64,000 bases of DNA from Clostridia bacterium (GTDB lineage Bacteria > Bacillota > Clostridia > CAKSNL01 > HGM11501): contig JAZQAZ010000030.1 in the NCBI GenBank assembly GCA_045545475.1, positions 87,764-151,763 of the forward strand, written 5' to 3'. Below are positions 27,616 to 37,698 of this stretch, one piece after another (within the stretch, counting starts at the first letter, position 1; the number at the start of each line of letters is the position of its first letter). Under the pieces are notes generated by a model. It searched no databases. It was not told where the DNA came from and saw nothing but the letters and a program-made list of their open reading frames with translations. A program made the translations under genes and the position numbers.

Positions 27616-29808
27616 ATGAGCGAAGAATTAAAGGCCCGTCAGGTGGATCAGCTCATCACCGATACCTTAAGAACCAACTATATGCCCTACGCCATGAGCG
27701 TTATTGTGTCACGTGCAATTCCGGAGATTGACGGACTCAAGCCCTCCCACAGAAAGCTACTCTATACAATGTATAAAATGGGCTTGCTTACAGGAGTAAG
27801 AACAAAAAGCTCCAACGTTGTGGGCCAGACGATGAAATTAAATCCCCATGGTGATATGGCAATATATGATACATTGGTAAGACTTACAAGAGGTAATGCC
27901 TCACTTTTATATCCTTTTGTGGATTCCAAAGGATCCTTTGGTAAAAAATACAGCCGTGATATGGCATCTGCCGCAGCACGTTATACAGAAGTTAAGCTCG
28001 CCCCCATTTCGGCGGAACTTTTTTCTGACATTGATAAAAACAACGTTGACTTTGTGGATAACTTCGATGCCACAATGAAGGAGCCCGTTCTCCTTCCCGT
28101 TACTTTCCCGAATATACTGGCAAACCCCAATTTAGGTATTGCCGTTGGTATGGCAAGTAACATCTGCTCCTTTAACTTAAAGGAGCTTTGCGATACAACC
28201 ATCGCCCTTATGAAGGATAAAAATGCCGATATTACGGAAACTCTGCTTGCTCCTGATTTTCCCGGCGGCGGACAGATTTTATACGACAAGGAGCTTTTCC
28301 GTTCCATTTACGAAACAGGAAGAGGAAGCTTTAAGGTTCGTTCCAAATGGCGTTATGATAAGAAAAATCAGTGCATTGAGGTTTATGAAATTCCCTATAC
28401 CACCCAGGCAGAGCTTATCATAGAAGCAATCGCAAAGCTTGTGAAGGACGGAAAGGCAAAAGAAATATCCGACCTTCGTGACGAAACGGATTTAAGCGGT
28501 CTTAAAATCACCATTGATGTAAAGCGCGGCACAGACCCGGATAAATTAATGGCACTTTTATTCTCCAAAACACCGCTTGAGGACAGCTTTGGATGTAACT
28601 TCAACATTCTTGTAAAAAACCGCCCCATGGTACTGGGGGTTCGCGCAATACTGCTTGAATGGCTCGCCTTCAGAATGGAGTGCGTAAAGAGAAGAATTTT
28701 ATTTGACATTGACAAGAAAAATTCAACACTCCATCTCTTATACGGCTTAAGAAAGATTTTACTTGACCTTGACAAAGCAATTAAAATTGTTCGTGACACC
28801 GAAAACGATGCAGACGTTGTTCCCAATCTTATGCAGGGCTTCGGCATCGACGAAACCCAGGCAAACTTTGTTGCGGAAATCAAGCTCCGCAATATGAACA
28901 AGGAATACATCTTAAAGAAAATCGCAGACGTTGATGAGCTTGAAAAGGAAATCGCCGACCTTACGGAAACCGTAAAGAGCGATGCGAAAATCAAGAAGCT
29001 TATCGCAAATGAGCTTAAGGATGTTGCCGCAAAATACGGTGAGGAGAGAAAGAGCGAAATCATCCAGGCAGATGATGTTCCCGTGGTTGAGGCAGTAAGC
29101 GAGGTTGAAGACTACAACTTGAAAATGTTCTTAACCAGAGACAACTACTTAAAGAAGGTTACGCTTGTTTCCCTACGAAGTGCCGCTGACCACAAGCTTA
29201 AGGACGGCGACGAAATCATTTCAGAGCAGGAATCCACCAACAGAAGCGACCTTTTACTCTTCTCGGATAAAGCTGTTGTTTACAAGATGAAGATTTCAGA
29301 CCTTCCCGACTGCAAGGCAAGCTCCTTCGGCGAATATATCCCGAACTTAATTGAGCTTGACGAAGGTGAGAAGATTATAAAGATTGTGGCAACGGACAAT
29401 TACGAAGGCATTATGCTCTTTGCCTTTGAAAACGGTAAGGTTGCAAAGGTTCCCTTAAAGAGCTATGAAACAAAGACTAACCGTAAAAAGCTTATAAATG
29501 CATATTCCGATGCCTCCCCCATCGTGGGAATTATCTATACCCCCACCGAAACCGATGTGCTTGCTGAGACCAGCAACGCAAAGCTTCTTTGCTTCAATAC
29601 AGAAGCTGTCAGCTTGAAGACCACCCGTGATACACAGGGCGTGAAGGCACTTACTCTTAAGAAAAATGCAACTCTTAAATCAATTTGTCTTGCATCCGAA
29701 TCAAAGGTTGCCGACCCCAAAAAGTATTACACCAAAAATATTCCCGCCGCAGGCTTTTTCCTAAAAGCCTCGGACAAGGCTCCCCAGATGTCACTGTTTG
29801 ATGAATAA
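27616..29808 (+). CDS. Type IIA topoisomerase subunit A (ParC/GyrA-like)
   Basis: NYMPYAMSVIVSRAIP..DGLKP, NPHGD, AARYTE (catalytic Tyr), GIAVGMA, PDFPGG; ATG 27616 behind AGGAG. No GyrA-box seen, so more likely ParC-type. Confidence 0.9.
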   Translation: MSEELKARQVDQLITDTLRTNYMPYAMSVIVSRAIPEIDGLKPSHRKLLYTMYKMGLLTGVRTKSSNVVGQTMKLNPHGDMAIYDTLVRLTRGNASLLYPFVDSKGSFGKKYSRDMASAAARYTEVKLAPISAELFSDIDKNNVDFVDNFDATMKEPVLLPVTFPNILANPNLGIAVGMASNICSFNLKELCDTTIALMKDKNADITETLLAPDFPGGGQILYDKELFRSIYETGRGSFKVRSKWRYDKKNQCIEVYEIPYTTQAELIIEAIAKLVKDGKAKEISDLRDETDLSGLKITIDVKRGTDPDKLMALLFSKTPLEDSFGCNFNILVKNRPMVLGVRAILLEWLAFRMECVKRRILFDIDKKNSTLHLLYGLRKILLDLDKAIKIVRDTENDADVVPNLMQGFGIDETQANFVAEIKLRNMNKEYILKKIADVDELEKEIADLTETVKSDAKIKKLIANELKDVAAKYGEERKSEIIQADDVPVVEAVSEVEDYNLKMFLTRDNYLKKVTLVSLRSAADHKLKDGDEIISEQESTNRSDLLLFSDKAVVYKMKISDLPDCKASSFGEYIPNLIELDEGEKIIKIVATDNYEGIMLFAFENGKVAKVPLKSYETKTNRKKLINAYSDASPIVGIIYTPTETDVLAETSNAKLLCFNTEAVSLKTTRDTQGVKALTLKKNATLKSICLASESKVADPKKYYTKNIPAAGFFLKASDKAPQMSLFDE

Positions 29809-29845
29809 TAAAAAGCTGTGAACCGTCGGTTCACAGCTTTTTATT
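29807..29845. terminator. Bidirectional intrinsic terminator
   Basis: AATAAAAAGCTGTGAACCG-T-CGGTTCACAGCTTTTTATT. Confidence 0.9.
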
Positions 29846-32240
29846 AGCCTTTATATATTTCTTCTGCATAGCGGACAGCTTCCATTGCGTCCTTTGCATA
29901 TCTGTCGGCACCTATTGATGATGCATAGTCTTCTGTTAAAACCGCACCGCCCACCATAACTTTGCAGGAAGGGAGTTCCTTACGAATGAGTTTTATTGTC
30001 TCCTCCATATAAGGAACAGTTGTGGTCATAAGGGCACTTAATCCGACAAGCGGAGCATTTTTCTCCTTTGCCGTACTGACAATTTCTAAAGGTTCTACAT
30101 CCTTTCCCAGGTCAGTTACGTCAAATCCGTAGTTTTCAAGAAGCAGCTTAACGATATTCTTTCCGATGTCGTGGATGTCTCCCTTAACCGTGGCTATCAC
30201 AACGGGGCATTTTTTATTCATATCGCTTTTTTCAGCTTCCATCTTTTCCTTAACCTTGGAAAATGCACATTTCGCCGCCTCCGCACTCATTAAAAGACCG
30301 GGCAGGTAAACCTTCTTTTCCTCGAAACCCTTACCTACTATATCAAGAGCAGGGATAATTTCCTTTTCCACCACCGAAAGAGGCTTCTCAGTTGTAAGAA
30401 GTTCGGCCGTAAGCGACGCTGCACTGTCGGTGAGGCCTTTTATTATGGCGTCGGAAAGTGCCGAAGCACCGGAAAGCTTTGCTTCATCCGCTTTTCCTGC
30501 AGTTTCCTCAATTTTATGACTTTCCGAAAAGCCGATGTATTCTGTACAGTTTTCATCCATGTCTGAAAGTGCCTTGTACGCATAATAGGTTCTCATCATG
30601 GGTATCGAAAAAGGATTCATTATAGCCGCAGAAAGTCCGTTTGAGAGAGCCATCGCAAAAAACGTTGCATTTATTCCGTCACGCTCCGGAAGTCCGAAAG
30701 ACACGTTGGAAACACCCAAAGATGTATGACAACCAAGCTTTTCTCTTATTATTTTAAGTGCTTTAAGAGTTTCCTTTGCGGCAGAAGAATCCGCACTCAC
30801 CGTCATTGCAAGGGTGTCAAAAACAATATCCTTTTTGTCAATGCCGTATTCCTTTGCCCTTTTTATAATTTTTTCAGCTATCGCCACTCTTCCCTCCGCC
30901 GTTTCGGGGATTCCGTTTCCGTCAAGTGTCAGAGCAACTAAAAGACCACCGTATTTTTTTACCAGCGGAAAGATTTTTTCCATGCTTTCTTCCTTACCAT
31001 TGACGGAATTTATCATGGCCTTTCCGTTATATATTCTCAAAGCTTTTTCCATAGCATCCGGGTCCGATGTATCAATCTGAAGCGGCAGATTTGTCACCGC
31101 CTGGATGGCGCAAACCGCAGATGTAAGCATTGCTTCTTCGTCGATTTCCGGAAGTCCCGTATTTACATCAAGAATTTTTGCTCCTGCCTCTTCCTGAGAA
31201 AGTGCCTCCTTTAAGATGTAATCCATATCGTTTTCGCGTAAAGCCTGCTTAAGACGCTTTTTACCGGTGGGATTGATTCTCTCCCCGATTAAAACAGGTT
31301 CGTTTCCGAAATATACTGCATGAGTATAGGAGGATGCACAGGTCAATTTTTTTTCTTCAATGTAAACAGGCGTAATGTCCTTCGTCGCTTCTTTAAGTGC
31401 CTTTATATATTCAGGAGTTGTTCCGCAGCATCCGCCTACGATTCTTACACCTTTTTCGACAGCCTTTTTCATCTCTTCGGCAAATTCAGATGGTGTTACA
31501 TCGTAAACTGTTTTTCCGTTTACGCTTTTTGGAAGACCTGCGTTAGGTTTCAGAATAATCGGAGCGGAGGAAACTTTAAGCATTTTTTCGTATATCTCAG
31601 AAAGTGCTTTTGGGCCAAGGGAACAGTTCATGCCGTAAGCCGCAGCTCCCATACCTTCAAGCAATGCACTCATGGCTTCGGGATTCGCACCTGTCATTAA
31701 AAGGCCGTCTTCTCCATAGGCATTGGAGCAGAAAACAGGAAGATGGGAATTCTCCTTTGCCGCAAGCATTGCTGCCTTTGTTTCATAGCTGTCATTCATG
31801 GTTTCAATCATAATTAAGTCAACACCGTATTTTTCGCCTAAGGCTACCGTTTTTGAAAAAATTGAAACAGCCTCGGAAAATTCAATATCTCCGTAAGGCT
31901 TTAACAGTCTTCCAAGAGGCCCTATATCAAGAGCCACATACTTTTCATGGTTACCCTTTGACTCAAGGGCCGCATCTCTTGCGATTCTGATTGCGGAGGA
32001 AACCAGTTCCTCTAATTCAGTATCGGAAAATTTAAGGCTGTTGGCACCGAAGGTGTTGGTATTTACCACGTTGCTTCCCGCCTCAAAATAGTCCTTATGT
32101 ATTTTCTTTATGGCATCGGGGTGTGTAATGTTCCATCTTTCGGGAAGTTCACCAGGCATAAGCCCTTCCTTTTGCAAAAGGGTTCCCATCCCGCCGTCAA
32201 GATATAAGATGTTATCTTTTATATAATCAAGAATTTTCAT
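29844..32240 (-). CDS. metH: Cobalamin-dependent methionine synthase (Hcy-binding, pterin-binding and B12-binding modules; no reactivation domain)
   Basis: LDGGMGT, NTNTFGAN, GGCCGTTP, IGERINPTG, GDIHDIGKNIV, LSALMTT. Confidence 0.9.
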   Translation of the reverse strand: MKILDYIKDNILYLDGGMGTLLQKEGLMPGELPERWNITHPDAIKKIHKDYFEAGSNVVNTNTFGANSLKFSDTELEELVSSAIRIARDAALESKGNHEKYVALDIGPLGRLLKPYGDIEFSEAVSIFSKTVALGEKYGVDLIMIETMNDSYETKAAMLAAKENSHLPVFCSNAYGEDGLLMTGANPEAMSALLEGMGAAAYGMNCSLGPKALSEIYEKMLKVSSAPIILKPNAGLPKSVNGKTVYDVTPSEFAEEMKKAVEKGVRIVGGCCGTTPEYIKALKEATKDITPVYIEEKKLTCASSYTHAVYFGNEPVLIGERINPTGKKRLKQALRENDMDYILKEALSQEEAGAKILDVNTGLPEIDEEAMLTSAVCAIQAVTNLPLQIDTSDPDAMEKALRIYNGKAMINSVNGKEESMEKIFPLVKKYGGLLVALTLDGNGIPETAEGRVAIAEKIIKRAKEYGIDKKDIVFDTLAMTVSADSSAAKETLKALKIIREKLGCHTSLGVSNVSFGLPERDGINATFFAMALSNGLSAAIMNPFSIPMMRTYYAYKALSDMDENCTEYIGFSESHKIEETAGKADEAKLSGASALSDAIIKGLTDSAASLTAELLTTEKPLSVVEKEIIPALDIVGKGFEEKKVYLPGLLMSAEAAKCAFSKVKEKMEAEKSDMNKKCPVVIATVKGDIHDIGKNIVKLLLENYGFDVTDLGKDVEPLEIVSTAKEKNAPLVGLSALMTTTVPYMEETIKLIRKELPSCKVMVGGAVLTEDYASSIGADRYAKDAMEAVRYAEEIYKG

Positions 32241-33127
32241 ATATGTTCCTCTATTCCTAAAATTGCAGAAAGATTTTCTCGGATTTTGGCCGCAACAAAC
32301 GGCTTATTCATGGAATAAACATGCACATTCATCACATTGTTAGCATAAAGGTCAATAATCTGATCGGTTGCATAGGCTATTCCCGCCTGACACATAGCAT
32401 CCGGATTATTTCCGAACTTGTCCACAATGCTGATAAATCGGCGTGGCATAAAGGAGCCGGAAAGCTTTACGGCACGCTCAACCTGATTTGCATTGGTAAT
32501 CGGCATAATTCCCGCAATTACGGGAACGGTTATGCCTGCTTCTCTTATTTTATAAAGGAAATTATACAAAAGGTTGTTGTCAAAAAACATCTGCGTGGTT
32601 AAAAATTCGCACCCCGCATCAACTTTTTCCTTTAAATATTTTATATCATCCTTCTGATTAAGACTTTCCGGATGTACCTCGGGATAACAGGCTCCGCCGA
32701 TACAGAAATCGGCACCACTATCTTTAAGCTCACGAACCAGATCCACCGCATTTTTATAATGCCATGTATTTCTGTCGCTTGCTTTAAGCTCTTCCGTCAA
32801 ATCCCCTCTTAAGGCAAGAACATTTTCTATTCCCGCATTTTTCATGTCAAGGATTCGCTCCCTGACAGTTTCCTTGGTAGAAGAAACACAGGTAAGATGA
32901 GCAATCATTGATACACCGAGCTTTTCCTTTATGCTTTGTGCAATTTCAAGGGTGTACTTACTGGTACCGCCGCCCGCTCCGTAAGTAACACTCATGAAGG
33001 AAGGACGAAGGCACGCTATTTCCTCCGTCGCCTTTTTCACGCTTTCAAAAGCCGTATCAGTTTTGGGCGGAAAAACTTCAAATGATAAACGAGGTTTTTC
33101 CTCTTTAAATATTTCTCTAAGCTTCAT
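32237..33127 (-). CDS. metF: 5,10-methylenetetrahydrofolate reductase
   Basis: SFEVFPPK, SVTYGAGG, AHLTCV, LALRGD, ACYPEVH, TQMFFDN; ATG 33127. Confidence 0.95.
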   Translation of the reverse strand: MKLREIFKEEKPRLSFEVFPPKTDTAFESVKKATEEIACLRPSFMSVTYGAGGGTSKYTLEIAQSIKEKLGVSMIAHLTCVSSTKETVRERILDMKNAGIENVLALRGDLTEELKASDRNTWHYKNAVDLVRELKDSGADFCIGGACYPEVHPESLNQKDDIKYLKEKVDAGCEFLTTQMFFDNNLLYNFLYKIREAGITVPVIAGIMPITNANQVERAVKLSGSFMPRRFISIVDKFGNNPDAMCQAGIAYATDQIIDLYANNVMNVHVYSMNKPFVAAKIRENLSAILGIEEHI

Positions 33128-33158
33128 ATTATCAGCTCTTTTCCATAGATTCTTTTTT

Positions 33159-33187
33159 ATAATAACATAAAGACAAGCTCTTTTCAA
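33159..33187 (-). promoter_or_regulatory. sigma-A promoter of metF-metH
   Basis: TTGAAA-17bp-TATTAT with a TG extension. Confidence 0.6.
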
Positions 33188-33190
33188 CAT

Positions 33191-33226
33191 AAAAATAAAA
33201 AGAAACTGCGGCATTGCCGCAGTTTC
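33191..33226 (-). terminator. Intrinsic terminator
   Basis: GAAACTGCGGCA/TGCCGCAGTTTC stem followed by a T-run on the minus strand. Confidence 0.8.
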
Positions 33227-33235
33227 CGATAAAAC

Positions 33236-34771
33236 TTATTTCTTTATAACTATTGTCTGCTCAGCCTGGTTCCATTCGCAGTTAAGACCAAGTGTCTTTG
33301 TAAGGAAGATAACGGGAACCATTGCTGTTCCGTCAGCAGCTGTATGAGTGGGCTTTGCAAGAAGAAGTCTTACGCCGCCTGATGCAAGATAGTTTGAGTT
33401 CTTCTTAAAGTTATATGTAACGCCGTTATATGTAACTGTAATGTCTTCACCGGATTCAGCATATGATCCGCCAAGAGCTTCAACGGTATACTTGAAGGGA
33501 AGCATTGTAGCACCGCCTATAATATAGGGTGCTGTTGCAGTTCCTGCTGTACCATTTGCATTTACGCTTGTGCTTCCGAGCTTAAGGACAATCTTGCCTG
33601 AGCCGGGTGCTGTATCAGCAGTTGTTGTTGTCTTAACAATCTGAGTCTGAACAACCTTTTCAATAGGACCGAAGAAATCAACTTCTGCAGCCATGCAGTA
33701 TCTTGTGCTTTCTTCAATAATAACTCTTACAGCCTTAACAGTTACGTTCTTACCGAAACCGAAAATTCTCTCTTTGGGGTCGTTTCCGGAATATGTGTTT
33801 ACAGCTGTGCAAGCTTCAACGTACTTTTTACCGTCTGTGGAATAAAGAACTCTCACCTTTAACCAGTAACCGCCTGTGCTGTCCTGTCTGGGGGTGTAGC
33901 TGATACCGGAAATTTCTGTCTTCTTTGTGAATGTGAAGTCAAGTGTGAAGGGAGCCTTGTCATATCCTGTGATTGTAGAACCTTCTGCTGTATACGCACT
34001 GTGCCAGTATGTCTTTATGTCACCGTCAAGCATCTTGGGAGAAGATCCGCCCTGACCGTCACTTGTTGCTTTTACAGAAACGCCTGACTTGTCAATCTTT
34101 TCGCCAACTGTCTGCACCGCAGTTGTCTTTGTGACAGCTGCAGAAGGAGCAGGTGTAGTAGTTGCAGTTGTTGTCTGAGTAGTAGCTGCACCCTTCTTAT
34201 TTGAAATGGTCTTTGCAGCAGCTTCGTCTGTAATTAAAGCAAGCTCACCGATTTCCCATTCGCCCCAGTTATCATTACTCTTCTGAGAAGAAAGAGAAAC
34301 ATACTTAGCTGTGATTTCTTTTCCGAAATAATAATCGTCGAACCAGTACTGGCTGTTTGCACTTCTTGTGTTTGCAACTTCTGTCCAGTTCTTACCGTCA
34401 GAAGAAATCTTTATAAGAAGAACCTCTGCTCTTCTGTGCTCTTTACCGTTCATGTTGGGGTCAGCATTTGTACCTTCCGCACCTGCTACGCAGTTTTTAC
34501 TCATCCAGGAACGGATACCGGAGAACTTCTGTTCGGAGGAGAAAGCTATCTGGATTGTACCCTTAAGCTTTGCACCGAAGTCGTTTCTTGTGCCGTCAAC
34601 AAGATTAGCGGTAGTTCCGGAATATGCTCCCTTTTCTCCGCCTTCATATGTAATTGTTGCACCTGTTATTTTCTTTGCACCCTTCATATCTTCTGTGCCG
34701 ATTTCAGCAGCAAATACGGATGCACTCATTATCATAACAAATGCTAAGATTAATGCTATAGTCTTTTTCAT
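33236..34771 (-). CDS. Secreted protein with two F5/8C-like domains, Thr-rich linkers and an amine-oxidase-N-like tail
   Basis: Signal peptide; FSGIRSW..SSDGKNW; LDGDIKTYWHSAY..YTPRQD; APYIIGGATMLPF..AMVPVIFL..LGLNCEW. Confidence 0.8.
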   Translation of the reverse strand: MKKTIALILAFVMIMSASVFAAEIGTEDMKGAKKITGATITYEGGEKGAYSGTTANLVDGTRNDFGAKLKGTIQIAFSSEQKFSGIRSWMSKNCVAGAEGTNADPNMNGKEHRRAEVLLIKISSDGKNWTEVANTRSANSQYWFDDYYFGKEITAKYVSLSSQKSNDNWGEWEIGELALITDEAAAKTISNKKGAATTQTTTATTTPAPSAAVTKTTAVQTVGEKIDKSGVSVKATSDGQGGSSPKMLDGDIKTYWHSAYTAEGSTITGYDKAPFTLDFTFTKKTEISGISYTPRQDSTGGYWLKVRVLYSTDGKKYVEACTAVNTYSGNDPKERIFGFGKNVTVKAVRVIIEESTRYCMAAEVDFFGPIEKVVQTQIVKTTTTADTAPGSGKIVLKLGSTSVNANGTAGTATAPYIIGGATMLPFKYTVEALGGSYAESGEDITVTYNGVTYNFKKNSNYLASGGVRLLLAKPTHTAADGTAMVPVIFLTKTLGLNCEWNQAEQTIVIKK

Positions 34772-34807
34772 TTATGTTTCCTCCTTATATGCATTATGGT
34801 ATAGTAT

Positions 34808-34837
34808 ATTATAGCACAACAAGCCACCGTTTCACAA
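34808..34837 (-). promoter_or_regulatory. Extended -10 promoter
   Basis: TTGTGA-18bp-TATAAT with TGn directly before the -10. Confidence 0.55.
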
Positions 34838-34910
34838 TCTTTTTTTGTCTTTTTCCTCCACTTTTCTCGCTTTTCGTCATTTTGCACAAACCAAAACGTT
34901 TGTTTTTGTG

Positions 34911-34945
34911 AAAAATGACACTCGCATATATGTTGCGAGTGTCAT
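34911..34945 (-). terminator. Intrinsic terminator after cassette 3
   Basis: ATGACACTCGCA/TGCGAGTGTCAT stem with a T-run on the minus strand. Confidence 0.75.
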
Positions 34946-34951
34946 CTGCAG

Positions 34952-37690
34952 TTATTTTTCTATGGTAATTGTTCTGGTCTCTCCATCCCAATTAACTGTA
35001 TATCCGAGACGTTCTGATACAAATCTTAAAGGAATGAATGTTCTTGAGTTCTCGATTCTGGGAGCAACGGGAGAGGTGTATCTCACACCGTTTACCCAAA
35101 CACGGTTGTTTTCTATCTGGAACTCAATTGTCGTTCCGTCAGCCGATACTGTAATTTTTTTGTTTTCTCCATGCCATGTAACGGTAGCACCCATTTCCTC
35201 AAAGAGCCCCCTGAGAGGAATCATAGTAGTTCCGTTTACAATGAAAGGCTCCACATCAATCGTCTTGACTCTGCTCTCTTCGCCTTTTGATACCACTATG
35301 TCCTTTGAACCAATCTGAAGCGTATATCTTTCTTTTTCTCCGGAGAGACGGGCAAGCTGAGTGTTTTCACTTTCGTAGAACTGAATATCCGCACAGGTGG
35401 CATGAGCACTTGCCTTTCCTCCGCCGTCATTGATTGTAACTAAGATGTCTATACGGAAATATCTTGTGGTAATCGGCTCATAGAAGGGAATCCTCATAAA
35501 GTTGAAAGACTTATACTGGGTGGGATTAAGAACGTAGCTATCCACAAAGTCATAATTTTCGCCGTCCGCTGATGTGCTTATTTCAAACTCAACCCAGTGT
35601 CCGCTTAAAAAGCCCTGGCCTCTGGGCATAAAGCCGAAGCCGGAAAGAGTATATTCCTTTCCAAGGTCATACTCAAGATAAGCAGGCATTACCTTTTTAT
35701 TGAATCCCTCGGTTGAGCCGTCCTCGTTTCTGTACTGGGTGTGCCATACGGAATATTCATTCTGGTCAATGGTCTTTATTGCCGTGGAGTGCAAATCGTT
35801 GGCGTTTTCAAAGGGATAGGGCTGCTCGCTTGATGCAGTAACCTTAACCTCGCTTCTGTCTATGGGAAGCAATTTATAGTCGCCGTAGTTATCTCTCATT
35901 TCCGCCGCAGTTACAGTCTCTCTGTAAAGAGTGGGCTTAAGTACACGGATTTCCGATGCAACGGCATAGTTGCTCATAGAGTCTACGATAACAAGCTTTA
36001 TGGCCTTCGCTTTAACATTTCTGCTCATTACTATTTCGCAGGGCGTTCTTCTCTGATCCTTTGTTGTGGTTCCGCCATAGGAGAAGGCAAAATCCTCAAC
36101 TGCGGGATAGAAGTTTTCACCGTCGTCTGACACATAAAGGCTTACTATTTTAAATATACCCGCACTGCTCTGGGATTCGTCTCTGGGGTAATATCTGATG
36201 CCGGAAACCTCGGTTTCCTCAGGGAAGGTTATGATATAGTCAAAGGGATTCATATCGTGGGAAACGATTTTTCCATCCTCAACCACATAAGCAGAATGCC
36301 AGAAGGTTTTAAGATCTCCATCCATGGCAAGCTCAGGCTTTGTCATTGCACTGGATGCTGTTACCTTCCAGTCTGTGCCCGGTGTCATTTCATCCTCTTC
36401 ATACTCTGCCTTTACTGTTTCAACAGGCTTTGTTTCTTCCTTGGTTTCTTCCTTTTTATCGGAAGCTGATGCTCCGCCAACACCTGTATTTGCATCAATT
36501 TCTGTTGCGGTAAGCTTAACCGCCGATACTTCGGCTACCTTTAATTTTTCGTCACTCTTAAGAAGTGAAAGCTCTGCCATTGTGCCGAAGTCCTGCTGTC
36601 CTTTTGTAATGGTAAGTCTTACAGACTTTACACCTACGTTAGAGTCGAACTTTATTGTTCTTCCGCCTTCGCGGTCGGAAAATGCGGGATTGTAGGTAAG
36701 CGTTACTTCTCCAAGCTTTTTATAGTTTGCACCGTCAGCCGATATTTCAATTTCCATTTCCTTAACAACACCTGCGGTGCTTCCGCCAAGTCTGGGATAG
36801 TAGCGGATACCGGAAATTTCCGTTACATCCGGAAGCGTAAGCTCAAAGGTATAGGGCATGGGGTCTTTCGCCGTTATTGTAGAGCCTTCTGCCGTATATC
36901 CCGAATGCCAGATGGTATCAATGTTTCCGTCGATGGCGTTTTCGGCTTTTTGTGCCACGCTGGAAGCTTCCGCCATCCAGCCCGATTTATCGGTGATTTC
37001 GTCCTTTACCTTGCCGCTGTCGGCACCTGCACTGCCTACCGCCGCAGAACCTGTTTCTTTTGCGATATTCTCTGTTTCAACTCCGTTTTCCGTTGCGGGG
37101 ATTACGGTTTTTGTAAGCTTTACTGCATTTACATTTTCCGTCTTAAGGCTATCCTTCTTTGAAAGAAGGGAAAGCTCCGCCATTGTGCCGAAATCGCTGT
37201 AGCCCTTTATTACGTCAAACTTAAGGGACTTTATCTTTACATTTGCCGTAAAGTCAACGGTTTTTCCGCCTTCACGGTCGGAATACGCAGGATTGTACTG
37301 AAACTTAACCTGTCCCATTTCGGTGTAATTTTCACCGTCTTCGGAAATGTAGATTACGATATCGTAAAAGGTTCCCGCAACGCTTCCGCCAAGACGGGGA
37401 TAATAACGTAATCCGGATATTTCCGTGGCTTCAGGCAGAGTAAGAGTAATTGTATATGGCATTGGATCCTTTGCCGTAACCTGTCCGCCCTCTGCTGTGT
37501 AGCCCGAATGCCATATGGTATTTATATCACCGTCGATGGCGTTTTCAATTTTCTGAATCTGGCTTGTTGCCTTTATCTGCCAGCCTTCCTTTGGAAGTTC
37601 GTCATCTGCTGCAAAGGATGTAAGGGCGAAAACAGATGAAAAAATCAAGGATAATGCAAATATCAAAGATAATATTTTTTTCATTTCCAT
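34952..37690 (-). CDS. Secreted protein with four F5/8C (CBM32-like) domains and an amine-oxidase-N-like tail (cassette 3 partner)
   Basis: AIDG..TIWHSGY..YYPRLGG repeats; C-terminal PFIVNGTTMIPLRGLFE..RTFIPLRFVSERLGY. Confidence 0.85.
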   Translation of the reverse strand: MEMKKILSLIFALSLIFSSVFALTSFAADDELPKEGWQIKATSQIQKIENAIDGDINTIWHSGYTAEGGQVTAKDPMPYTITLTLPEATEISGLRYYPRLGGSVAGTFYDIVIYISEDGENYTEMGQVKFQYNPAYSDREGGKTVDFTANVKIKSLKFDVIKGYSDFGTMAELSLLSKKDSLKTENVNAVKLTKTVIPATENGVETENIAKETGSAAVGSAGADSGKVKDEITDKSGWMAEASSVAQKAENAIDGNIDTIWHSGYTAEGSTITAKDPMPYTFELTLPDVTEISGIRYYPRLGGSTAGVVKEMEIEISADGANYKKLGEVTLTYNPAFSDREGGRTIKFDSNVGVKSVRLTITKGQQDFGTMAELSLLKSDEKLKVAEVSAVKLTATEIDANTGVGGASASDKKEETKEETKPVETVKAEYEEDEMTPGTDWKVTASSAMTKPELAMDGDLKTFWHSAYVVEDGKIVSHDMNPFDYIITFPEETEVSGIRYYPRDESQSSAGIFKIVSLYVSDDGENFYPAVEDFAFSYGGTTTKDQRRTPCEIVMSRNVKAKAIKLVIVDSMSNYAVASEIRVLKPTLYRETVTAAEMRDNYGDYKLLPIDRSEVKVTASSEQPYPFENANDLHSTAIKTIDQNEYSVWHTQYRNEDGSTEGFNKKVMPAYLEYDLGKEYTLSGFGFMPRGQGFLSGHWVEFEISTSADGENYDFVDSYVLNPTQYKSFNFMRIPFYEPITTRYFRIDILVTINDGGGKASAHATCADIQFYESENTQLARLSGEKERYTLQIGSKDIVVSKGEESRVKTIDVEPFIVNGTTMIPLRGLFEEMGATVTWHGENKKITVSADGTTIEFQIENNRVWVNGVRYTSPVAPRIENSRTFIPLRFVSERLGYTVNWDGETRTITIEK

Positions 37691-37698
37691 ACCCCTCC

